Assembly (NCBI GenBank): GCA_963771885.1
Contig: CAVYVF010000023.1
Coordinates: forward strand, 480,001 to 544,000
Direction: 5' to 3'
From: Candidatus Bathyarchaeota archaeon
GTDB taxonomy: Archaea; Thermoproteota; Bathyarchaeia; TCS64
DNA: 64,000 nucleotides
Numbering within the stretch: the stretch's first letter is position 1; the number at the start of each line of letters is the position of its first letter. The notes below the pieces were generated by a model. That model made no database searches. It had not been told where the DNA came from and worked only from the letters and a program-made list of their open reading frames with translations. Made by a program: the position numbers and the translations under genes. Below, in pieces: positions 1 to 14,656 of the stretch.

Positions 1-268
1 ATCGAAAATGGGGCTCGCCGGGTTTAGCAAGGCACTCGCAGAAGAACAAGCGCCGAACGGGATAGGCGTTCATCTGATCTCTCCCCACCCTATGGACACG
101 CCTATGCGCTGGGAGTCGACGCCGAACGCGGACAAACCCGCACTTATACGGCCCGAGATCGTTGCCGATCTCATGGCGACCATCGCCAGCCACCCCGAGC
201 TCCGCATAAGCGAGGCGATCGTCCCGGAGATCAACCTTCCCTATACGAGCAGCTACAAGAAGCGTTAG
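1..268 (+). CDS. Short-chain dehydrogenase/reductase, C-terminal part (truncated by window edge)
   Basis: SKMGLAGFSKALAEE..GIGVHLISP..MDTPM is a typical SDR C-terminal segment. Confidence 0.75.
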   Translation, partial: SKMGLAGFSKALAEEQAPNGIGVHLISPHPMDTPMRWESTPNADKPALIRPEIVADLMATIASHPELRISEAIVPEINLPYTSSYKKR

Positions 269-412
269 GCGGCTTTTTCTAACACATTTGTCTAGTCCTT
301 TGGGTGGATGCCCATTTTTTTTTCACGAGTATCGAAGCGATTCAAAAATTCACGCCACATGAAGCGTTGAACAATCCACTCATTTCTGAAGCCTAGACTC
401 AAAAAAACTGGA

Positions 413-763
413 TTACTCGGGTTGCTCAATCTCCTCGATGATGTGGAGGAGGGCACGAGCAATTATTGCATTTTCCCAGTTCTCCGTCTCGGACACCATC
501 AGGAGACCTAGCTTGACCGCCTCGACACCGCTCTCAGGCGGCGCCACTGGGTCGACGATGATATAGTTCTGAGCAATGAAGCTGACCCTGACCTCGACGA
601 GCATACCGGGTTCAAGGTCGCTGAAGATAGGGTTCTCGCGATTGAATAGGATGACTCTTCCATCACGCATGCGGCTAATTAGGCTGTCCGCCTTCCCCTT
701 CAATACGAGGACCGTGAATTGGTCCCCGAGACTCACTTCGGGCTTGGTTTCAATATTAGACAA
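413..763 (-). CDS. Hypothetical protein, possible OB/TRAM-like beta domain
   Basis: 116-aa ORF with protein-like composition; beta-rich N-terminus (DGRVILF..LEPGMLVEVRV). Confidence 0.6.
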   Translation of the reverse strand: MSNIETKPEVSLGDQFTVLVLKGKADSLISRMRDGRVILFNRENPIFSDLEPGMLVEVRVSFIAQNYIIVDPVAPPESGVEAVKLGLLMVSETENWENAIIARALLHIIEEIEQPE

Positions 764-1003
764 TTCAAATCCCGTTTCATATTAATTCTCATCATTTTAT
801 TAAATCTACTGCCTTCTCCGTCCAACAAACCCCGGAAACAGGCCGATTTTAGCCACTCAGGTTTTTGCTTGTATCATGCGAAGTAGGGGTCGCAGATCTA
901 CCTATACTACCATCGTTTAATCAATTTTCTACTATGTGGAAACAATCGGCTGAATCATCCTAGAACTTTTTAGGTCAAGACTCTGCGGCTCCAATGGTCC
1001 CTC

Positions 1004-1131
1004 ATTTATAATCTTTCCGTGGCAAATCATAAACTGGCATAAAAATACTTCGAGATCAAATTACCCACATTCAGCTTCACAGACGTCCCCGGGTAACTAC
1101 ACCTTGTTTAGAAAACATAACGTTTTTAACT
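1004..1131 (+). promoter_or_regulatory. Candidate rRNA operon promoter(s)
   Basis: TATA-like ATTTATAAT (~1004-1012) and TTTTTAAC (~1123-1130) upstream of a GC-rich structured leader. Confidence 0.4.
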
Positions 1132-1292
1132 ACACACAGATGTATGGCTGTTGGCGCGTCGAGCGTCTTCCGCCCATAGTCGGCGGCTTCGATCCGACGG
1201 AGGCGTTTGGCCTCAGGATGAAGGATCGGCTCCAGTGGCGGAAACAGGTATGACGACCTGAGCAAAGGGGTCACACCCTTCGGGTCGGATAT

Positions 1293-2903
<1,611 letters not shown>

Positions 2904-3003
2904 AAATCAAACTCACAATATGCGGCTCCCGAGCGTAAGCTTGCGGGGCTAAGGGCGAGCCAGGGGGGATGGAATCCCCTGAAGTGGCTATGAAGCCGTG
3001 CAC

Positions 3004-6083
<3,080 letters not shown>

Positions 6084-6246
6084 ATGTCCACGGCTTCACA
6101 GTTTTATTTGAAGCAACCAACCCCAGTGGGTACTGGGTTTATGTTTTCCATATTCGCGTTCGGAGTCGGAACCAGTTTCTTCCATCGAGTTTCTCGTAAC
6201 AGTGTTATACCCTTACCTGCTGTATCTCCCATTCAAGGGTGAAGTA

Positions 6247-8112
6247 ATGGTGCATGGAGCGGACCGTATTCATCTCCTCATGGGGAACGAGGCCGCTGCG
6301 AGGGGCGCCGTCGAAGCCGGGGTGAGGTTCGCGATAGGATACCCCGGGACGCCTTCGACCGAGGTAATAGAGACGCTGATTCAGGGATCTAGGGAGATCG
6401 GGGTTGCGCGCCGAGTGGGCGGTCAACGAGAAGGTTGCCTTCGACATAGCCACGGGTGTGAGCTTCGGAGGGCACCGCTGCCTCGTCACCATGAAGAGCG
6501 CTGGGCCTCAACGTTGCCAGCGACTCCATCCTGTCGGTGGCCTACGGGGACGTGATAGGCGGTCTCGTCCTCTACGTCGCCGACGACGCGGGCGCCCACG
6601 CGGGGATGGAGGAGCAGGACGCGAGGACCTTCACCGCGACCTGCCCCCTGCCGATGTTCGACGCCTCCGACCCGCAGACGAGTAAGGACATGGTTGCGGC
6701 GGCGTTCAAGTTATCGGAGGAGAGCCGCCTCCCCGTGATGGTGCGAACAACCTCCCGAGTAGCCCATGGCAAGGCCCCCGTCGCCTACGGCGCCGTCAAG
6801 GTGGCTGAGCCTAAGCCGCCGATGGTGAAGGACATCGCCCGATTCACGAGGGCTTCACCCGTCTGGGTGAAGAGCCAGCACCGAATCCTCAACGAGCGGG
6901 TTGAGGCTATCCGGGAGGGGTTCGAGTCCTCGCCCTTCAACGAGTGCGTCATCAAGCCGCGGTCACGGCTCGGCGTCATCGCCTCGGGTGCGCCGCTGGC
7001 CTACCTTCAGGACGTCGTCGCGTCGCAGGGATACCAGGTGTCCACGCTCAGGATCGGGACCGTGCATCCCCTTCCGTTGAAGTTGGTGAGGCGGCTCCTC
7101 GAATCCGTCGACTCCGTCCTCGTCCTGGAGGAGCTTGAGCCGTTCATCGAGCTTCAGGTGAAGGCCCTCATCGCGGATATGGGGAAGCAGGTCAGGGTCA
7201 TCGGCAAGATGGATGGGACGCTGTCACGTGTCGGGAGAGTACGACAGCGAGATAGTCGCCGCGGCGCTGGCGAAGCTCGTCGGTGAGACCCCGCGTCTAC
7301 CCGACCCCGCGCTCGAGGCGGCGCGTGCGGAGGCGAAGGCCCTTGCACCGGGTCGCAGCCTGCCCTTCTGCCCCGGGTGCCCCCACAGGGGAACCTACAC
7401 CGCCCTGACACGCGCATTGAGGGAGCTCGGGTACAGGAAGGACGAGGTCATAGTCACCGGCGACATCGGCTGCACCATCCTCGGCATGTACCCGCCGTGG
7501 AGCAGCTGCTGGAACGAGGTCAGCATGGGCGCCAGCATAGGGAACGCCATCGGCTTCAAGTACGCGGGCGTCAAGCTGCCCGTCGTCGCCACGATAGGGG
7601 ACTCGACCTTCTTCCACGCCGGCATCCAGCCAGCCGTCAACGCGGCTTGGAACGGCACACCAGTCGTCATAGCGGTCCTCGACAACGAGATCACAGGCAT
7701 GACGGGGCATCAGCCCTCGCCGGCGTCGGGGAGAACAGCTGTGAGCTCCGAGGCGCCAAGGATCAGCATCGAGGGCATGCTTAGGGCCGCGGGTATAGCC
7801 AACGTCGCTGTGGTCGACCCCTACGACCTCAAGGCGAGCACGGCGGCGCTAAAGGAGGCGCTATCCTCTGACGGTCCCTCGGGCGTCGTCCTGAGGAGGG
7901 TCTGCTCACTCGTCGCGAGGAGGATGGGCACACTCGGCAAGCCTCTGAAGGTTGACGCTGACAAGTGCACGGGGTGCCTAGCCTGCATAAGGACACTCAG
8001 CTGCCCCGCGATGCTCGTCGAGGAGGGCAGGATGGTGATAGATGGGGCTGCCTGCGCGGGCTGCGGCATGTGCGCTCAGGTCTGCCCCAGCGGGGCGATT
8101 GGAGGCGACTGA
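6247..8112 (+). CDS. iorA: Indolepyruvate:ferredoxin oxidoreductase alpha subunit (3 apparent frameshifts near 6403, 6504, 7236)
   Basis: LLMGNEA..GYPGTPSTE, EWAVNEKVA, FCPGCPHR, GDIGC, IGDSTFFHAG, C-terminal 2x[4Fe-4S]; spread over ORFs 6202, 6404, 6537, 7213. Confidence 0.9.
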
Positions 8113-8113
8113 C

Positions 8114-8707
8114 GTGGAGCATAACATACTCATCACAAGCGTCGGGGGACAGGGCGGGATCACCCTCGCCCGGGTCATCGCACACGCGGCGCTCAAGCAG
8201 AGGCTCAACGTCCGCGTCGGTGAGACCCTCGGCATGGCTCAGCGCGGAGGCTCCGTTCAGAGCCACGTCAGGATAGGGAAGAGCGTCCACTCCTCCCTGA
8301 TCCCGCGGGGCGAGTGCGATGTGCTGCTCAGCCTAGAGCCCAGCGAGGCGGTCAGGGTCCCAGAGTACCTCGGCCCCGGAGCAGTCGCCATCATCAACAC
8401 CACTCCGGTGTTGCCGATGCCCGTTCTACTGGGTGAGGCCAGGTACCCGCCGCTCCAAGTCATCACCTCGGCGCTGGAGAAGATTGGCTGCACAGTCTAC
8501 ACCATAGACGCGAAGCGTATCGCTGAGGAGGTTGAGGCGCCGACGAGCCTCAACGTCGTCGTCCTCGGAGCGTATTCTGCTATGTCGAGTGTCCTCAGCT
8601 CGGAGTCCCTCCGCTATGCGCTGGGCGAAGCACTCAACAAAAGGTTCCTGGACGCCAACCTGCGCGCCTTCAACGCGGGCTACGCCGAGATGAAGAAGAG
8701 AAAATAG
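8114..8707 (+). CDS. iorB: Indolepyruvate:ferredoxin oxidoreductase beta subunit
   Basis: VGGQG, ETLGMAQRGGSVQSHVRIG, LEPSEA; directly follows iorA. Confidence 0.92.
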   Translation: MEHNILITSVGGQGGITLARVIAHAALKQRLNVRVGETLGMAQRGGSVQSHVRIGKSVHSSLIPRGECDVLLSLEPSEAVRVPEYLGPGAVAIINTTPVLPMPVLLGEARYPPLQVITSALEKIGCTVYTIDAKRIAEEVEAPTSLNVVVLGAYSAMSSVLSSESLRYALGEALNKRFLDANLRAFNAGYAEMKKRK

Positions 8708-8715
8708 CCCGAAGA

Positions 8716-9468
8716 CTATACGCCGATGCAGGGGGCGAGGTAGTAGACGAGCTTACCCTTCGGGAGCTCGAAATCCATCTTGATGGGCATGTCGGTGCTC
8801 AGCTCGATGGTGGCGACCTCACTGCTGTTACCCGCCGCGTTCGCGATCTCGTTCAGGTAGCTCAGCGTGAATGTGGCGCTGCTGTCCTCCTCCACCTTGA
8901 GGTCGATGAGGTCGTCGCTGCCCTTCTCCCACTCGCTGTGGGCGCTCCCCATGTCCCCGGTTGCGCTGATCTTGAGCACCTCGCCCTCGACGGCGACCTT
9001 GACGTGCTCGCTGACGAGGTTCGCGTCCCTGATAGCGTTGCGGAGGCTGTCCGTTATGAGGCGGGCCTTCGCCTTGAAGAATATCTTCGGCTGAGGCACC
9101 TCGTCGTCCATCGGCTCGAGGACGGGCATCTCGAAGCGCCTGCTGTGGCCGCCCCGCTTGCAGAGGATAACGAGCCTCGCCTTCTCCTCGTCGAGGCGTA
9201 TCCGGGTCTCCTCATCCTTGTCGACGCGGTCGAGGAACTTGAGGAACTCCTTTATGTTTATGCTTAGGCGGGGCTCGCCCTCGCACTTGTAGGCGTCGAA
9301 GAAGTCGGCGGGGAGCTCGAAGTCGACCATCGCGACGTGGCTTGGGTCCATCGCGAGGAGCTTTATCTGTGCCTCGTTCATCACGAATGTGCCCTCCTCG
9401 ACTATGACGCTGAGGGCTTTGATCAGGTTGCGGAATGGGTCTATGCGGCTTACCTCTACCTCGAACAA
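8716..9468 (-). CDS. pcn: DNA polymerase sliding clamp (PCNA)
   Basis: AMDPSHVAMVD, DMPIKMDF, YYLAP; 250 aa. Confidence 0.97.
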   Translation of the reverse strand: MFEVEVSRIDPFRNLIKALSVIVEEGTFVMNEAQIKLLAMDPSHVAMVDFELPADFFDAYKCEGEPRLSINIKEFLKFLDRVDKDEETRIRLDEEKARLVILCKRGGHSRRFEMPVLEPMDDEVPQPKIFFKAKARLITDSLRNAIRDANLVSEHVKVAVEGEVLKISATGDMGSAHSEWEKGSDDLIDLKVEEDSSATFTLSYLNEIANAAGNSSEVATIELSTDMPIKMDFELPKGKLVYYLAPCIGV

Positions 9469-9629
9469 ATCACTGTCTCCTTAGGTTATGGATTGGTTGT
9501 CTTAGCCTAGGAGCAGGCGGATAAAAGCGTATTCACGGGTTCAAATAGGCTTCAGTGGATGTGGCTGAAACAGCTATGGAGGTGGGATGGTGGAACCTTT
9601 TTACGTGCCTGGGGTGGCTAAAGGATTGG

Positions 9630-9739
9630 GCGGGGGTACCCGAGACTGGCCAAAGGGGCGGGACTTAAGATCAGGCAGTCCCTGGGTAGAGATCCCGTAG
9701 CTCAGGCTTTCGAGGGTTCAAGTCCCTCCCCCCGCACCA
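9630..9739 (+). tRNA. tRNA-Leu(TAA) with 22-nt intron (9670-9691, position 37/38), encoded CCA
   Basis: GCGGGGG/CCCCCGC acceptor, CGGGA-CT-TAA-G[intron]A-TCCCG, long variable arm, TTCAAGT T-loop, A73. Confidence 0.92.
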
Positions 9740-9945
9740 AACCTCAGGCTTGAATGGGACGGTTTTACGGGGTGTTTTACCCGTTTAAGCCATTTTCTGC
9801 CCCGTTGTTTGCCGGGTGAGTGTCGATTTCTCTGCTGCGTTTTTATGCTTGTTTCAAGAGTGTAAAATTTGCTGTTACACGCGCGCATTAGCTCGCAGCC
9901 TAATCCATTTTCCCTCACGTCCCACCTCTCACAACCTGAATCCGG

Positions 9946-9951
9946 TTTAAA
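9946..9951 (+). promoter_or_regulatory. TATA box of the RadA-like/PolB2 operon
   Basis: TTTAAA about 27 nt before the TTG at 9978 (near-leaderless). Confidence 0.55.
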
Positions 9952-9977
9952 TCCCCCACAGGGCAGGGCAACATGCC

Positions 9978-10979
9978 TTGTCAGGTTTCACCCCCGCAAG
10001 CCAAATCGCCGTCGCCGCCGAGACGACAACAGTCTCCACCGGCAGCAGCGAGCTTGACGCACTAATCGGGGGCATCGCCGGCGGCGTCTTCTACCTATTC
10101 TACGGCGAGGAGGAGCTAGTCGAGGAACTATTCCCCCGACTCATGGTCTCATCCCTAACCCCACGAAAACACAACACACACCCCAGAGTGGTCTACGGCG
10201 TCTGCGGCAACTACAGAGTCGAGAGAAACATCATCGACGTAGAACCCCTAATGCGCCTCCTCGAATCAGCAGGACTCACACCCGAAGAAGCCCTGAGACG
10301 AGTCAGGATACTGACCGCCTCATCCGCAGACCAGCAGTCACTGCTCGCCGACTCTCTCGAGGCCGACCTCCATCGAGGCGGGGTCGCACTGGCGATGATC
10401 CGGGGCATCTACAAGCTCCAGCTAGACGACGCCCGCAAACGGGGCAGGGAGAAGGTCGCCATAGAGATGCAGACAAGCATCGCCAAGATGAAGCGAGCCT
10501 GCTCGACACACGGCGTCCCACTCGTCGCCTCCGCACGCGCCGTAGAAGCCAAGAGGATGCCCCGCCCAGAGGCGAGCAGCTACCTCGACCACCTCGCCAA
10601 CGTCATCGTCTACCTCCGCAGACGCGACAAGAAGGCCACCTACAACAAGGCGTTCCTTCTCAAGAGCCCGACAAGGCCGATGCAGTCAACAGAGTACAGG
10701 TTCAAGGAGGTGAAAGAAACGGGAAGAATAACGCCGCCGATAAGGATGAGCTTCAACGACCAAGTCGCAAGACTCCGCACCGAGTACAGGGAAGCCATAG
10801 TCAAACCCGCGAGAAAAGAGGCATTCGACAGACTCATCGAAGCCTGGTCGAGCGAACTAGGGGCAATCACATACGCCGAGTCCATCAGCATGTTCGACCT
10901 GATGCTCCTAACCGCCATCGTCGAAAACCGCCGACTCATCGATGACCTCACGGACAAGCTCCAAAACCGCACAGGATGA
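9978..10979 (+). CDS. Inactive RadA/RecA-like protein fused to arCOG07300-like helical module
   Basis: VSTGSSELDALIGG RecA-family start but Walker A replaced by YGEEELVE; C-terminal 86 aa start TGRITP and resemble the small PolB2-associated proteins. Confidence 0.75.
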   Translation: MSGFTPASQIAVAAETTTVSTGSSELDALIGGIAGGVFYLFYGEEELVEELFPRLMVSSLTPRKHNTHPRVVYGVCGNYRVERNIIDVEPLMRLLESAGLTPEEALRRVRILTASSADQQSLLADSLEADLHRGGVALAMIRGIYKLQLDDARKRGREKVAIEMQTSIAKMKRACSTHGVPLVASARAVEAKRMPRPEASSYLDHLANVIVYLRRRDKKATYNKAFLLKSPTRPMQSTEYRFKEVKETGRITPPIRMSFNDQVARLRTEYREAIVKPARKEAFDRLIEAWSSELGAITYAESISMFDLMLLTAIVENRRLIDDLTDKLQNRTG

Positions 10980-13073
10980 CCCACATGATCCACCGCGGCT
11001 GGCTCCTCGACCCCTACCTCGACGGCAACCACGCCTACCTCTGGTTCAAAACCGAGGATGGGGAAACACTCAGGATAAAGGAAAGATACAGGCCCCACAT
11101 CCTCGCCGAGCCAAAGGGGGAAGCCAACACAGACGAGCTAAACGCAGCACTGGAAAGCCACCCCTACATCCACTCCGTAAAAACCGTCGAACGATACACC
11201 GACCTACGCCGAGAAATACCCAAGAAACTCATCGAGGTACGAGCCGACTCCATCAACTCCTACCACAAAGTCGAGGAGTACACCCGGGGACTCCGACAGG
11301 TCAGAGAGGTCTACAACACCGGCCTCGCACCCATCCAGTGGTACATGATAGAGAGGAGAGTCGCACCCAGCAGCCTATGCGAATTCAACGAGCAGGACGG
11401 ATTACTCCAGACCCTAAAAACACTCGACGACTCAGGGGAGGTCGCCCCGCCCCCATTCAAAGTACTCCGATTCCAAGCACCCGAAGACGGAGACAATCGA
11501 CACAATCAAGATCTACAACACCGATGGAAAAGAAACCGCCGCACACACCGGCTCCGAGAAGGATGTCCTCGAAGCCTTCAACCAGACCCTAACAACGGAG
11601 GACCCCGACGTAATCATCACCGACAACGTCGCCCAGACGACGAAGCGGCTACTGAGGCGAGCACAGGGAAACGATATCAAGCTCAGCCTCGGCCGCGGAG
11701 GCGACCCCAGACGCGGCAGGATACTCCTCGGCCTATACAGCTACCTCGACATGGGCCTAGCCGGCCTCGTAGAGAGCGCCCGCTTCACACTCGCCCCAAT
11801 GGGAATAAGCAGCGACTGGGAAGCCGGAAAAACAATCGACAGCCGCCAATGCTACGAGGCACACCGCCTCGACATCGCCGTCCCCGACATGAAGGGAGGA
11901 GTAGCCTACGAGTCCGACGCCTGGGACATGGTCCGCAGGGACCGGGGCGGGATGCTCTTCAGCCCACAGCCCGGCCTCCACGAGAACGTCGGCTGCCTCG
12001 ACTTCGAATCCATGTTCCCCAACCTCATAGTGAGGAGAAACATCAGCTACGAGACCGTCACAGACTCCGAAGTCGACACAAGCAGACCCGGCTTCATGGG
12101 AGGATTCACACGCGAGTTCCTGGAGAGGCGCCTCCGGTTCAAACACCTCCGAGGCGAATACCCCCAGGGGAGCCAAGAGTGGGAGTGGTGCGAGCAGCGG
12201 CAGAGCAGCCTCAAACTCATGCTCGTGGTCATCTACGGCTACAGCGGCTGCTACGCCAACAGGTTCGCAAACGTCCGCGTCTTCCAAGAGATAAACAGGC
12301 AGGCACGCCGAACCCTCGTCAGAGCCATGAACATCGCCTCAGATAGGGGCTACGAGGTCGTCTACGGCGACACCGACTCTCTATTCGTAAAGAAGCTAAA
12401 CGCCACAAAGAGGGACTACGAGAACCTGGCCGCCGAGATCAGGGAAGACGTAGACCTCCCCATCAAGCTGGACAAGCACTTCAAGTTCCTCGTTCTCCTC
12501 CACAAGAAACAGGACCCCCAGCAAGCGGCAACCCGCAGATACTATGGCCGACTCACGGACGGCTCCCTCTTCTGCCGCGGCATCGAGGTCCGAAAACACG
12601 ACACACCCCCCTACATCAAGGCTATGCAGGAGAAGACGATGACCGCTCTCCTCGACGCCGCCGACTCAGACGACGTAATACGGCACGGCGTCCCACGCGC
12701 CAGAGCCATCGTCAACAGGGCTCTCGGCGAAATAAAAGCGAGGAAGATCGAGTCGCGAGAACTCGTCGTCTCCAAGAGGCTGCGCAGGGAGCTAAGTGAA
12801 TACAGGAGCCTCCAAGCCCACGTCGTCTCCGCCCTAGTCGAGGGTGTTGAGGATGGGGACTCCCGCTTCATCTACATGGGCGCAACGAGAAGTAACCCAT
12901 ACACCCGGGTAACCCCGGCCTCAATGCTTGGCGAAGATGCGAGGAATTACGACTGGCGGAGATACGTCGCGCTGGCGAGGCGAGCCGCATCCAACGTCCT
13001 CGAACCATTCACAGACGAATACGATGTTGAGGGGAGCGTGCTCAGGATGACTCAGCTGACGATGTACACCTAG
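10976..13073 (+). CDS. polB2: Family B DNA polymerase, PolB2 group (apparent frameshift near 11490)
   Basis: Motif A LDFESMFP, motif B KLMLVVIYGYSG, motif C YGDTDS, RGIEVRKHDTP; degenerate exonuclease region; ORFs 10976 and 11751 join via a one-base shift. Confidence 0.88.
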
Positions 13074-13319
13074 CCAGATACGAGGAATTCTTTAGAGTAG
13101 TTCTTCTACGCCTCTTAAGCGCCGCGCACGCGTCAAGCTGCTTCAGGTTCGTCGCCTGGAGAACAAGCTTCTGAAGCTGCAAGCGCATTCTGGGGAAAAC
13201 TCAAGCAACACCGAAGATACATTAAAGAATCTAAAATCGACGGCACGCGCGGTCCTATTCCTAGCATCTTTCCGTTCTAAAAAGTAGTCTTAAGTCGGAG
13301 CAGACCCTAGTTTAGTCCC

Positions 13320-13658
13320 ATGAATACAAAGTATCTCGTCATAATGATTGCGTGCATCATTGGAGGCCTCGCGGGTGGCTACCTGATCGCGAACAACCTA
13401 ATGCAGAACCAGCTAGCCTCATACGATCTTCAGCTACAGAGCGCCGAGGCAGCGCTGAATGCGAGCCAGGCACAACTCCTAGCGAAGGACGCCCTCCTGC
13501 AGGCGCAGGAGGCGCAGCTCCAAGCCCAGTACGCCGTCATACAGGCAAACCTGGCTCAGTCCGACGCACTGACCGCCCAGATACAGCAATTACTTGCACT
13601 CACCCAGAGCCAGGACGCACTAATCAAGCTCCTGCAGGCTCAACTGGGCATCCCATAG
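13320..13658 (+). CDS. Membrane-anchored Gln/Ala/Leu-rich coiled-coil protein
   Basis: N-terminal TM helix, then heptad Q/A/L repeats; TATA-like CTTAAG about 27 nt upstream. Confidence 0.75.
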   Translation: MNTKYLVIMIACIIGGLAGGYLIANNLMQNQLASYDLQLQSAEAALNASQAQLLAKDALLQAQEAQLQAQYAVIQANLAQSDALTAQIQQLLALTQSQDALIKLLQAQLGIP

Positions 13659-13835
13659 CCATCTCATTCGTCACGAGTCACCGCTATATAATCAAAATGA
13701 AAAATGATTCGCGAGCGCCCTCACCTACTCTATGTGCGCATAAGCAGATAGTCGACGCGATCACATGCCCCGAGTCACTCGGTGATCATGCTAACTCTTT
13801 TGAGGCACGAATAAACGTGTTCTCCATAGGATGCT

Positions 13836-14597
13836 ATGAGCGCCAGCGAGAACTATATGCGCGTCGAGGCGGCACTGACTGAAGAGGGTGCACGACGAGG
13901 ACTCCGACACGCCATGGGCGTCGCCCCCTTCAAGGCAGTGCATGATACGTTGCTGTCGGCACAGAAGGAGACACTCAAAGGCATCTCCGAAAACGGCTTC
14001 GAGGAGCTGATGCGCGACGGCTCCGTCATAAGCATCGCCTACGCCTATCCTCACTACGCAGTGGAGGCCATCGCCTCCGGGGCAGAGGGCAAGTGGAACA
14101 AGGAGCGCTGGAACATCTACTCTAGGGCATACGCCCGCCTAAACAAGGCGCTCAACGAGACGTCCTCCGCCATAGCAGCGGTCGTCGGCGGCATCGCCAT
14201 CCCCGCTACCATCGAGGGCATAGCCAGCAAGGTCGACACCGTCGAGGAGTACTACGCCTCGCGTGTCAGCCACCGCGTCGCCGCAGAGCTTAGCGGCGTC
14301 GGCTGGAGGGGGCGGCACGAGCTGATCATCCACCCCGTCTACGGCCCCGCGATAAGGCTCGCCAGCATCCTGACCCCACAACCCATAACCCGCACGCAGC
14401 CTCTCAATAAGAGCTGCAACGGGTGCCACGCCTGTGAGGATGCTTGCAAGTTCCTGAAGCACAAGGACAAGCTCGACAACTACCGGGAGCAATGCCGCAG
14501 GTACATCAACTACCTCGGCCTCGAGGACGAGGTCTGCGGCAAGTGCATAAAAGCATGCGTCAGGGACGGCGTATACGCGGCGAGCTTCAATCTCTAA
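13836..14597 (+). CDS. QueG/reductive dehalogenase-like Fe-S protein
   Basis: SHRVAAELSGVGWRGRH..YGPAIRLASILT, CNGCHACEDAC and CGKCIKAC. Confidence 0.8.
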   Translation: MSASENYMRVEAALTEEGARRGLRHAMGVAPFKAVHDTLLSAQKETLKGISENGFEELMRDGSVISIAYAYPHYAVEAIASGAEGKWNKERWNIYSRAYARLNKALNETSSAIAAVVGGIAIPATIEGIASKVDTVEEYYASRVSHRVAAELSGVGWRGRHELIIHPVYGPAIRLASILTPQPITRTQPLNKSCNGCHACEDACKFLKHKDKLDNYREQCRRYINYLGLEDEVCGKCIKACVRDGVYAASFNL

Positions 14598-14656
14598 CGC
14601 CACCAAACGGTTTGGTTCATAAATCAACGTTCCCATAAATAATTCCGGAGATCGCT

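Noticed and set aside
9740..13300. Integrated element or casposon carrying PolB at tRNA-Leu
   Set aside because: No integrase, Cas1, att repeat or terminal inverted repeats; polymerase is cellular PolB2 type
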